From positions 1,770,001-1,802,000 of the forward strand of contig NZ_LN831039.1 in assembly GCF_001457595.1 (NCBI RefSeq): DNA of 32,000 bases. The letters are read 5' to 3'. The notes beneath the pieces are model-generated. The model did no database searches, was not told the DNA's origin, and was given only the letters and a program-made list of their open reading frames with translations. How positions within the stretch are numbered: position 1 is the first letter of the stretch; every line of letters starts with the position of its first letter. The translations under genes and the position numbers were made by a program. This document shows, in pieces, positions 24,369 to 32,000 of the stretch. Source of the stretch: Mycolicibacterium smegmatis. GTDB lineage: Bacteria; Actinomycetota; Actinomycetes; Mycobacteriales; Mycobacteriaceae.

Positions 24369-27300
24369 GTGGGCTGGCACAACGGGCCGCCGAGCTGGTC
24401 GGAGATGGAGCGCGTGCTCACGAGCAAGCCGCGCCGCTCCGGCCTGCCCCTGGAATCCCCGGGTGACGGCGGGGACAGTCCCGCCTGGTCACGCAAGCGC
24501 GGCGCCTACGAGCCGCCGGACCAGGCCAGGATGCCCGCTTCCGCGCTCCCGTACGCCGAACTGCACGCACACTCGGCGTACAGCTTCCTCGACGGTGCCA
24601 GCACCCCCGAGGAACTCGTGGAGGAGGCGGCCCGCCTGAACCTGCGCGCCATCGCGCTGACCGACCACGACGGTCTCTACGGCGTGGTGCGGTTCGCCGA
24701 GGCCGCCAGGGAACTCGACGTGGCCACGGTGTTCGGCGCCGAACTGTCGCTGAGCAACGTCGCGCGCACGGAAGACCCCGATCCGCCCGGCCCACACCTG
24801 CTGGTGCTGGCGCGCGGGCCCGAGGGGTACCGGCGGCTGTCGCGGGAGATCGCCAAGGCGCACCTGGCCGGCGGTGAGAAGGGCAGGCCCCGCTACGACT
24901 TCGACCAGCTGACCGAGGCCGCGGGCGGGCACTGGCACATCCTCACCGGATGCCGCAAAGGCCATGTCCGCCAGGCATTGTCGGATGGCGGTCCCGACGC
25001 CGCGGCCGCCGCGCTCGCGGATCTGGTGGACCGGTTCGGGGCGGACCGGGTCAGCATCGAACTCACCCACCACGGGCATCCCTGCGACGACGAACGCAAC
25101 GCCGCGCTGGCCGAGTTGGCGCCCCGTTTCGGTCTGGGGGTGGTGGCCACCACCGCGGCGCACTTCGCGACACCGTCGCGGGGACGGCTCGCGATGGCCA
25201 TGGCCGCGATCCGCGCGAGGAACTCGATCGACACCGCGGCGGGATGGCTGGCGCCGCTGGGCGGGGTGCATCTGCGCTCGGGGGAGGAGATGGCGCGCCT
25301 GTTCGATCCCGAGTTCGTCGCCGCGGCAGCTGATCTCGGTGAGCAGTGCGCGTTCGGGCTCGCGCTCATCGCACCGCAGCTGCCGCCGTTCGACGTGCCC
25401 GACGGGCACACCGAGGACAGCTGGCTGCGTCATCTGGCGATGGCGGGTGCGGCACGGCGGTACGGCCCGCCGGAACGTGCGCCCAAGGCGTACGCGCAGA
25501 TCGAGCACGAGCTGAGGATCATCGAGCAGTTGAGGTTCCCCGGCTATTTCCTGGTGGTGCACGACATCACGCAGTTCTGTCGTGACAACAACATCCTGTG
25601 CCAGGGCAGGGGATCGGCCGCCAACTCGGCGGTCTGCTACGCGCTTGGCGTCACCAACGTCGACCCGATCGCCAACGATCTGCTGTTCGAGCGCTTCCTG
25701 TCGCCTGCACGCGACGGCCCACCCGACATCGACATCGACATCGAATCCGACCTGCGCGAGAACGTCATCCAGTACGTCTACGAGCGCTACGGCCGCGACT
25801 ACGCGGCCCAGGTCGCCAACGTCATCACCTACCGCGGCCGCAGCGCGATCCGTGACATGGCGCGCGCGCTGGGATTCTCGCAGGGACAGCAGGACGCCTG
25901 GAGCAAGCACCTCAGCCGGTGGGACGGCAGACCCGATTCGCCGGATGTCGCCGAGATCCCCGAGCAGGTGATCGAACTGGCCAACCAGATCGCGAACCTG
26001 CCGCGCCACATGGGGATCCACTCCGGCGGCATGGTCATCTGCGACCGCCCCATCGCCGACGTGTGCCCCGTGGAGTGGGCCCGCATGGAGAACCGCAGCG
26101 TGCTGCAGTGGGACAAGGACGACTGCGCGGCAATCGGTCTGGTCAAGTTCGACATGCTGGGCCTCGGCATGCTCTCGGCGTTGCACTACGCCATCGACCT
26201 GGTCGCCGAGCACAAGGGCATCGAGGTCGACCTCGCCACACTGGACCTGTCCGAACCGGCGGTCTACGAGATGCTGCAGCGTGCCGATTCGGTGGGGGTG
26301 TTCCAGGTGGAGTCCCGCGCGCAGATGGCCACCCTGCCCAGGTTGAAGCCTCGCGAGTTCTACGACCTGGTGGTCGAGGTCGCCCTGATTCGGCCCGGGC
26401 CCATCCAGGGCGGTTCGGTGCACCCGTACATCAAGCGGCGCAACGGTCAGGAACCCGTCACCTACGACCACCCGTCGATGGAACCCGCGCTGAAGAAGAC
26501 ACTGGGTGTGCCGCTGTTCCAGGAGCAACTCATGCAACTCGCGGTCGACTGCGCGGGTTTCAGTGCGGCCGAGGCCGACCAGTTGCGCCGGGCAATGGGG
26601 TCCAAACGCTCGACCGCGAAGATGCGGCGACTGCGCAGCAGGTTCTACGACGGGATGCGCGAACGTCACGGCATCACCGGCGTGGTGGCCGACCGGATCT
26701 ACGAGAAACTGGAGGCGTTCGCCAATTTCGGTTTCCCGGAAAGTCATTCGCTGAGCTTCGCCTCGCTGGTGTTCTACTCGTCGTGGTTCAAGCTGCACCA
26801 TCCCGCGGCGTTCTGCGCAGCACTGCTGCGCGCGCAACCCATGGGCTTCTACTCGCCGCAGTCCCTGGTGGCCGATGCGCGTCGCCACGGCGTGACGGTG
26901 CACGGCCCCGACGTGAATGCCAGCCTGGCCCACGCCGGTCTGGAGAACCGGGGCCTGGACGTGCGGTTGGGCCTCGGCAGTGTCCGCCACATCGGCGACG
27001 ATCTGGCGCAGCGCATCGTCGACGAACGGGAAGCCAACGGGCAGTTCACCTCTCTGCTCGATCTCACCAGCCGTGTGCAGCTGACCGTGCCGCAGACCGA
27101 GGCGCTGGCCACCGCGGGTGCACTCGGATGTTTCGGGATCACCCGGCGCGAAGGGCTGTGGGCCGCGGGTGCGGCCGCGACACAGCGGCCCGACCGGTTG
27201 CCGGGAGTGGGTTCGTCCACACACATCCCGCCGCTGCCGGGGATGAGCGCGCTGGAACTGTCGGCGGCCGACGTGTGGGCCACCGGGATCTCACCGGACA

Positions 27301-27656
27301 GCTATCCCACCGAATACCTGCGAAAGCACCTCGACAGCCTCGGCGTCGTCCCCACCGACAGGCTGCTGGACGTCGCCGACGGAACCCGGATCCTGGTGGC
27401 AGGTGCGGTGACTCACCGGCAGCGCCCCGCCACCGCGCAGGGCGTGACGTTCATCAACCTCGAGGACGAGAAGGGCATGGTCAACGTGCTGTGCGCGCCG
27501 GGGGTGTGGTCGCGTTACCGCAAGGTCGCCCAGACCGCGCCCGCGCTGATCGTGCGTGGCATCGTGCAGAACGCCACCGGTGCGGTCACCGTCGTGGCCG
27601 ACCGGATGGACGCGGTGAACCTGCGCGTCGGTTCACGCTCCCGCGACTTCCGGTGA
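24369..27656 (+). CDS. dnaE2: Error-prone DNA polymerase DnaE2
   Basis: 1095 aa; PHP domain YAELHAHSAYSFLDGASTPEELVEEAARLNLRAIALTDHDGLYG; catalytic PDIDIDIES; QGRGSAANSAVCYALGVTNVDP; LexA box upstream. Confidence 0.96.
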   Translation: MGWHNGPPSWSEMERVLTSKPRRSGLPLESPGDGGDSPAWSRKRGAYEPPDQARMPASALPYAELHAHSAYSFLDGASTPEELVEEAARLNLRAIALTDHDGLYGVVRFAEAARELDVATVFGAELSLSNVARTEDPDPPGPHLLVLARGPEGYRRLSREIAKAHLAGGEKGRPRYDFDQLTEAAGGHWHILTGCRKGHVRQALSDGGPDAAAAALADLVDRFGADRVSIELTHHGHPCDDERNAALAELAPRFGLGVVATTAAHFATPSRGRLAMAMAAIRARNSIDTAAGWLAPLGGVHLRSGEEMARLFDPEFVAAAADLGEQCAFGLALIAPQLPPFDVPDGHTEDSWLRHLAMAGAARRYGPPERAPKAYAQIEHELRIIEQLRFPGYFLVVHDITQFCRDNNILCQGRGSAANSAVCYALGVTNVDPIANDLLFERFLSPARDGPPDIDIDIESDLRENVIQYVYERYGRDYAAQVANVITYRGRSAIRDMARALGFSQGQQDAWSKHLSRWDGRPDSPDVAEIPEQVIELANQIANLPRHMGIHSGGMVICDRPIADVCPVEWARMENRSVLQWDKDDCAAIGLVKFDMLGLGMLSALHYAIDLVAEHKGIEVDLATLDLSEPAVYEMLQRADSVGVFQVESRAQMATLPRLKPREFYDLVVEVALIRPGPIQGGSVHPYIKRRNGQEPVTYDHPSMEPALKKTLGVPLFQEQLMQLAVDCAGFSAAEADQLRRAMGSKRSTAKMRRLRSRFYDGMRERHGITGVVADRIYEKLEAFANFGFPESHSLSFASLVFYSSWFKLHHPAAFCAALLRAQPMGFYSPQSLVADARRHGVTVHGPDVNASLAHAGLENRGLDVRLGLGSVRHIGDDLAQRIVDEREANGQFTSLLDLTSRVQLTVPQTEALATAGALGCFGITRREGLWAAGAAATQRPDRLPGVGSSTHIPPLPGMSALELSAADVWATGISPDSYPTEYLRKHLDSLGVVPTDRLLDVADGTRILVAGAVTHRQRPATAQGVTFINLEDEKGMVNVLCAPGVWSRYRKVAQTAPALIVRGIVQNATGAVTVVADRMDAVNLRVGSRSRDFR

Positions 27657-28592
27657 ATCCGACCCGGTTCGTTCGAGTCCGGTCCGCAGCAGTGACCACG
27701 CCAGGCGGCGCGCCTCGCCGGCCCGTTCGGTGAGCCTGCGCTGCGCCTCGCGCACCGCATCCTCCTGCGGGGTGCGCCCTTCCAGCACATCGTCGTGCAG
27801 TTCCTCGGCGATCCGGATCGCCATCAGCACAGCGTCGTTCACGCGGTCAAGCGCCTCGTGCAACCGGTCGTCCTGGCAGAGCAGGTGCGCGTTGTCGATC
27901 TCGACGGACACCTCGGTGACGACGTGGCCGATCTGTTCGAAGATCGCGTTCATCGCCTTCTCGCGCTCCGCGCGGTCCTCGAGCGCCATGCACCGGGCGC
28001 CCTCGCTCCACAGCGACGCGAGCATCCGGGTGTGGGTGGCGACGCTGCGGGACACCTCGATCATCGCCTGCTTCTGCAACTGGTCGGCGAGATGCCTGCG
28101 CTCGATGCGTGCGATCTCGCGTTGTGCGGCCATCTCGGAGGCGTGCAACTTCTGTTGCGCCTCAAGTTCGGTGCGGTGCCGCTTCTTCGCCGATGCCAGT
28201 TCGAGTGCGGCGCGCTGGTCGGCGGCCGCGAGTTCGGCCCGCAGTTTTTCGGCCGCGTCAGCGGCATCGTGCTGGGCCTGCCGCGCGAAGGTGACGGTTT
28301 GCCACATGGTCACCGCGACCGCGACGAACACGACCGCGCCGAAGAACCATTCGGCTTTGCTTCCGAGTTCGCCCGGCGCCGCAAGGATGTACCACGCGAT
28401 GGTAAGAGTTCCCGCGACACCGCAGACCAGCCAGCCGATACCCGTTCTGGCGTCGAAGGATCCGCCTTTGCGGTCGGGCCTCGCATCTGTTGCGGTCACC
28501 GGGATCGGCGCGGTGCGCGCCACCGCGTCGTCGTCTGAAATTCCGGTGGCTCTTGCTGATTCAGATCTGGTCGACTCCCTCAGTTCGGTCAT
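27633..28592 (-). CDS. Hypothetical membrane protein with two TM segments and long coiled coil
   Basis: 319 aa; GWLVCGVAGTLTIAWYILAA and WFFGAVVFVAVAVTMWQTVTFA followed by Ala/Glu/Arg-rich helical region; GGGAG RBS; 3' end overlaps dnaE2 3' end by 24 nt. Confidence 0.7.
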   Translation of the reverse strand: MTELRESTRSESARATGISDDDAVARTAPIPVTATDARPDRKGGSFDARTGIGWLVCGVAGTLTIAWYILAAPGELGSKAEWFFGAVVFVAVAVTMWQTVTFARQAQHDAADAAEKLRAELAAADQRAALELASAKKRHRTELEAQQKLHASEMAAQREIARIERRHLADQLQKQAMIEVSRSVATHTRMLASLWSEGARCMALEDRAEREKAMNAIFEQIGHVVTEVSVEIDNAHLLCQDDRLHEALDRVNDAVLMAIRIAEELHDDVLEGRTPQEDAVREAQRRLTERAGEARRLAWSLLRTGLERTGSDSPEVAGA

Positions 28593-28804
28593 GCTGAACT
28601 CCCATCGACCACGCGTGCGCCCCTGCCGCGTTCAGATTATGGCGACACCCAGGGTGCGGCACCACCGGTCGCCCTCCGCGGGACCCGAGCGCTGACGGGA
28701 CGGAGGCGAACCGCTAGGGTCATGCCGTGTTGTGCGCACGACGCGCTGGATGACTCGCGTCTCGCCGCGCCAACGGATCTGACCGCCTGGAGAATTGGGG
28801 ACCC

Positions 28805-29404
28805 ATGGCCAAGAACGCCTCGTCGGAAGCTGACTCATCGATCATCGTCGACCTGTCCGAGGCGGCGATGCACATGTACTCGGCGGCGATCGACGCGTTG
28901 CCGTTCCCCGAGGACAAGAAATTCCACAAGCGTGCCGACATCGTGTTGTCGGGCCTGCGGAAATTGCGCTCGGCGCTGACCGAGGCCGCATCCGCGCAGC
29001 GTCCGTCGCCCGCGGTGGCCGCCGCGCTCAGCGGTGTCCGGCAGCGCTACGACTCCCTCATGGCGCATGCGGCCGCGGCGCCGGGATCCAGCCTCGGCCA
29101 GCAGATCTACGTCACGCGCGTGGCCGCGAAGCTGTCGGCGGAGGAGGTCGCCAACGGCGCGGGACTGCGGCCTGGGCTGCTCGACGAGCTCGAGGCGGGC
29201 GCAACGCCCACCGACGACGAGGCGGCCAGGATCCGGGAAACGATTGCGGCGCTGGGCGGGTTGCCGGGTGCCGATCACGGTGAGCACGAGGGCCGTCACG
29301 CCGGCGGTGACGACAGCGCCGAGGGCGCGTCGGTGATCGACTTTGCGCAGCACGACAGCCAGCACGAGGGCGGGGACGGCGAACTCACCGAGAACGCGGG
29401 CTGA
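28805..29404 (+). CDS. Hypothetical protein with possible HTH-like segment and acidic/His-rich tail
   Basis: 199 aa; ...VTRVAAKLSAEEVANGAGLRPGLLDELEAGATPTDDE...ADHGEHEGRHAGGDDSAEG... Confidence 0.65.
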   Translation: MAKNASSEADSSIIVDLSEAAMHMYSAAIDALPFPEDKKFHKRADIVLSGLRKLRSALTEAASAQRPSPAVAAALSGVRQRYDSLMAHAAAAPGSSLGQQIYVTRVAAKLSAEEVANGAGLRPGLLDELEAGATPTDDEAARIRETIAALGGLPGADHGEHEGRHAGGDDSAEGASVIDFAQHDSQHEGGDGELTENAG

Positions 29405-29436
29405 CGCGACCCGCCGGGGGGACGCGGGGCCGCGGG

Positions 29437-29442
29437 TAGTCT
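29437..29442 (+). promoter_or_regulatory. Candidate -10 TAGTCT for leaderless nitroreductase transcript
   Basis: TAGTCT, 6 nt (cgcggc), ATG 29449. Confidence 0.5.
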
Positions 29443-29448
29443 CGCGGC

Positions 29449-30090
29449 ATGACGCTGAATCTTTCTGTCGACGAGCTCCTCACCACAACGCGCTCGGTGC
29501 GCAAACGGCTCGACTTCGAGAAGCCGGTGTCGCGCGAGGTGATCCTGGAATGCCTCGACCTCGCGCTACAGGCTCCGACCGGATCCAATGCCCAAGGGTG
29601 GCAATGGGTTTTCGTCGAGGATGAGGCAAAGAAGAAGGCGCTGGCCGACATCTACCGGTCCAACGCGATCCCGTATCTTGAGCAGGAGGCCGCCGAGCGC
29701 GGCGACATCCGCGACCAGCAGCAGCCCAAGGTCAGGGACTCGGCGCGTCACCTCACCGACAACTTCGAGAAGGCGCCGGTGCTGTTGATCCCATGCCTGG
29801 AGGGCCGTCCCGACGGTGCCCCCGCCGGCCTGAGCGCATCGTTCTGGGGATCTCTGCTGCCCGCGGTGTGGAGCTTCATGCTCGCGCTGCGGTCGCGTGG
29901 CCTGGGCTCGGCGTGGACCACGCTGCACCTGCTGGGCGAGGGGGAGAAGCAGGCCGCCGAGGTGGTCGGCATCCCGTTCGACAAGTACTCGCAGGCGGGG
30001 CTGTTCCCGATCGCCTACACCATCGGCACCGATTTCAAGAAGGCCAAGCGACTGCCCGCCGAGCAGTTCGCGCACTGGGACACCTGGTGA
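29449..30090 (+). CDS. Nitroreductase family protein
   Basis: 213 aa: TTRSVRKRLDFEKPVSREVILECLDLALQAPTGSNAQGWQWVFVED...PAVWSFMLALRSRGLGSAWTTLHL. Confidence 0.9.
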   Translation: MTLNLSVDELLTTTRSVRKRLDFEKPVSREVILECLDLALQAPTGSNAQGWQWVFVEDEAKKKALADIYRSNAIPYLEQEAAERGDIRDQQQPKVRDSARHLTDNFEKAPVLLIPCLEGRPDGAPAGLSASFWGSLLPAVWSFMLALRSRGLGSAWTTLHLLGEGEKQAAEVVGIPFDKYSQAGLFPIAYTIGTDFKKAKRLPAEQFAHWDTW

Positions 30091-30097
30091 GCTGACG

Positions 30098-30122
30098 CCC
30101 GGCGGCGTCACACCGCGCCGGG
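30098..30122. terminator. GC-rich hairpin between convergent nitroreductase and trmL genes
   Basis: CCCGGCG (30098..30104), 11-nt loop, CGCCGGG (30116..30122). Confidence 0.5.
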
Positions 30123-30572
30123 GAAGCCGTGCTGGCGCCAGGCCTCATAGGCGGCGACGGCGGCCGCGTTGGACAGGTTCAGCGACCGCCGTCCCGCCAG
30201 CATGGGAATGCGGATCTGCTCGGTGATGTGCGGGTCGGCCAGCGTCTGCTCGTCGAGCCCGGTGGGTTCCGGCCCGAACATCAATACGTCGCCCGGCCGA
30301 TAGGCGATGTCGGTGAACGGCGTGGACGCGTGCGCGGTGAACGCGTAGACGCGTGCCGGCATGAGGGCCTGCCACGCCGACGGCAGATCGTCGTGCACCG
30401 TGACCGACGCCAGGTCGTGATAGTCCAGACCGGCACGGCGCAGCTTGGGTTCGGACAGATCGAATCCCAGCGGATGCACGAGATGCAATTCGCATCCCGT
30501 CGCCGCGACCATCCGGATCGCGTTACCGGTATTCGGCGCGATCCGCGGCGAGAAGAACATCACCCTGAACAT
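30108..30572 (-). CDS. trmL: tRNA 2'-O-methyltransferase of the TrmL/SpoU type
   Basis: 154 aa: MFRVMFFSPRIAPNTGNAIRMVAATGCELHLVHPLGF...LMFGPEPTGLD...IPMLAGRRSLNLSNAAAVAAYEAWRQ. Confidence 0.88.
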   Translation of the reverse strand: MFRVMFFSPRIAPNTGNAIRMVAATGCELHLVHPLGFDLSEPKLRRAGLDYHDLASVTVHDDLPSAWQALMPARVYAFTAHASTPFTDIAYRPGDVLMFGPEPTGLDEQTLADPHITEQIRIPMLAGRRSLNLSNAAAVAAYEAWRQHGFPGAV

Positions 30573-30579
30573 CGCGACG

Positions 30580-30585
30580 ATCGTA
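30580..30585 (-). promoter_or_regulatory. Candidate -10 TACGAT, 7 nt from trmL ATG
   Basis: Reverse complement reads TACGAT-CGTCGCG-ATG. Confidence 0.4.
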
Positions 30586-30745
30586 CGGCCGCCATACGCA
30601 CGGCCAACCACATTTCGCCGCAGCGATCAATGAGCGCTTTGCTCAATTACCACACAACTGCGCTACGGCTCGGTCACGAACTCTGTCTGTTCAGTAAGAA
30701 TTGTGGAAACGCTCGCGCGTGGCTGTCATACTCGTGCAATTGCCA

Positions 30746-30774
30746 GGCGTTTGACGCCCGTCCCAGCGTGGGCG
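30746..30774 (+). promoter_or_regulatory. Cluster of small, partly mutually exclusive RNA hairpins in leader
   Basis: A: GGCGT-ttg-ACGCC (30746..30758); C: CCCA-gcg-TGGG (30762..30772); B: CGCCC (30755..30759) with GGGCG (30770..30774), which excludes A and C. Confidence 0.35.
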
Positions 30775-30792
30775 GAAACAGCAGGAAGCCCT

Positions 30793-30855
30793 ATGACTCT
30801 CGCCCTAGTACTGAACTGCGGCCCCGCCGCCGATGGCACGGTTGGGCGCCGATGA
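30793..30855 (+). CDS. Putative 20-aa leader peptide (uORF)
   Basis: AGGAAG RBS 5 nt upstream of ATG 30793; ORF MTLALVLNCGPAADGTVGRR* whose TGA (30853..30855) overlaps the ATG (30852) of the sensor kinase. Confidence 0.45.
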   Translation: MTLALVLNCGPAADGTVGRR

Positions 30856-32000
30856 CCGCCTTCACACAGCTGAAACAGGCAGACGGGACGCTCGTCGATT
30901 TCGCGCCGTCCTCATCACCTCCGGTGAAGCGGCCGTCCCGCTGGTCGCCGGCGAACTGGCCCGTGAGCCGGAAAGTTCTCGCGATCGTCCTCGTTCCGTT
31001 GATCCTCGCCGCGACATTCGGCGGATTGCGCATTTACGCGTCCGTCACCGAGGCGGCGGATCTGCGACTGGCCGCCGACCGTGCCGAACTGATCCCCGAC
31101 ATCAACAACTACATGGCGGCATTGGAAGGTGTTCTGGTCGCCAGTAGCGGGGCCGGGGACGGACAGGCCGCATTGGCCACATTCGATTCGCGCAAATCCG
31201 AATTGCAGCAGCGGGTGGATTCCACCGATGTTCTCGGCGACGTCCGCGAGGCGGTGGGCACGATGCTCGACAAGGGGCAGACCCTCGTCGACGCCTCGAT
31301 GGCCAACACGGTCGGGTTGCGCCAGCGCATCCTGGATTACGCGCCGCTGCTGCTGACCGCCGAGGCCGCGGTCACCGGGTCGACGCACAGTGCCGATCAG
31401 AGGGTGCAGACCGAGGCAGAAGCGCTCGGGCGGGCCATCGGCGCCCGTGGCCAGATGACCATCCAGGAGATGATGGTCAACCGCGGCGCCGAGGAACCCG
31501 AACCGGTGCTGCGCAAGTCGATGATCACGATGGCGGGCACCGAGCCGTCCACCGTCGCCGCGCTCACCAAGGTGCTGGGCAGCGCGTCCGACGACGCGAC
31601 GACGCTGCGCGACGAGATGGTCAAGCGCATGGCCATCATGGCCAACCCCGGAATCCCGTTGGTGGGCAACCCGGTCCTGCTGGAGTCGCTTGAGAACACC
31701 CGCAAGATCGCCGAGCAGATCATCACCGACAACACCTCGGCGATCCCGGCCGCGGTCGAGGCCGAGGCCGCCGACGCGCGCAACGACGCCATCCGCGATT
31801 CCGTGCTCGTGGCGCTCGCGGTGATCAGCGCGCTGGTGGTCGTGTTGCTGGTGGCCCGCTCGCTCGTGCGTCCGCTGCGGACCCTGCGCGACGGCGCGCT
31901 CAAGGTCGCCCACGAGGATCTGGCGAAGGAGATCGAACGGGTCCGCGCGGGTGGCGAGCCCGGGCCGATCACCCCGCTGCCCGTGTACACCTCGGAGGAG
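30852..32000 (+). CDS. NIT-domain sensor histidine kinase, conservon type (partial)
   Basis: MTAFTQLKQADGTLVDFAPSSSPPVKRPSRWSPANWPVSRKVLAIVLVPLILAATFGGLRIY... nitrate/nitrite-sensing-like helical domain, TM2 DSVLVALAVISALVVVLLVARSLVRPLRTLRDGALKVAHEDL (HAMP-like); runs off the window edge. Confidence 0.85.
   Translation, partial: MTAFTQLKQADGTLVDFAPSSSPPVKRPSRWSPANWPVSRKVLAIVLVPLILAATFGGLRIYASVTEAADLRLAADRAELIPDINNYMAALEGVLVASSGAGDGQAALATFDSRKSELQQRVDSTDVLGDVREAVGTMLDKGQTLVDASMANTVGLRQRILDYAPLLLTAEAAVTGSTHSADQRVQTEAEALGRAIGARGQMTIQEMMVNRGAEEPEPVLRKSMITMAGTEPSTVAALTKVLGSASDDATTLRDEMVKRMAIMANPGIPLVGNPVLLESLENTRKIAEQIITDNTSAIPAAVEAEAADARNDAIRDSVLVALAVISALVVVLLVARSLVRPLRTLRDGALKVAHEDLAKEIERVRAGGEPGPITPLPVYTSEE

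Noticed and set aside
24489-27224. 911-aa minus-strand ORF opposite dnaE2
   Set aside because: Shadow ORF of high-GC coding sequence. The plus strand is an unambiguous DnaE2 with conserved motifs; the antisense translation is low-complexity Arg/Gly/His-rich without family resemblance.
28730-28745. GTTGTGCGCACGAC near-palindrome upstream of the 28805 gene
   Set aside because: Only a short core is symmetric and GC-rich sequence produces many such cases; no associated regulator identified.
1-32000. CRISPR arrays, tRNA/rRNA genes, insertion sequences or prophage genes
   Set aside because: No regularly spaced repeats, no transposase/integrase-like ORFs, and no tRNA or rRNA pattern recognised by eye. 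A tool scan (e.g. tRNAscan-SE, Infernal/Rfam) would be decisive but was not possible.

Overview
The 32 kb window is GC-rich mycobacterial chromosome, most like Mycolicibacterium/M. smegmatis by protein sequence and by synteny recalled from the guaA - imuA'/imuB - iunH - acrA1 and dnaE2 neighbourhoods. I see no phage, transposon, CRISPR array, rRNA or tRNA. Main content: a HAD hydrolase; guaA; a TetR regulator; a polar amino-acid type ABC importer followed by a gamma-glutamyltransferase; a tightly packed group encoding a poly-Thr lipoprotein, an S53 (sedolisin) protease, a zinc-ribbon polytopic membrane protein and an anchored protein; the SOS mutasome genes imuA'-imuB and dnaE2 with LexA boxes; a nucleoside hydrolase; a two-domain SDR reductase (acrA1-like); a USP/APC-permease pair; two divergent SDR/MmyB-like-regulator modules; several hypothetical proteins; a nitroreductase; a trmL-like methyltransferase; and the 5' part of a NIT-type sensor kinase. 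The most notable observations are: (1) two tandem 16-bp palindromes (CCTATCG-NN-CGATAGG) upstream of the ABC importer; (2) an apparent deletion that joins the permease 3' end out of frame to an ATPase lacking Walker A; (3) a 20-codon leader ORF with its own ribosome-binding site, an ATGA overlap with the sensor-kinase start, and mutually exclusive small hairpins upstream; (4) a perfect LexA box abutting a TAGACT -10 six nt from the dnaE2 GTG, implying a leaderless SOS transcript, with the same architecture at guaA and the nitroreductase gene; (5) the S53 protease cluster; (6) a 17-bp perfect-stem hairpin between convergent genes. No wholly novel system is demonstrated. Coordinates were read by eye and functional calls rest on motif recognition, not database searches.
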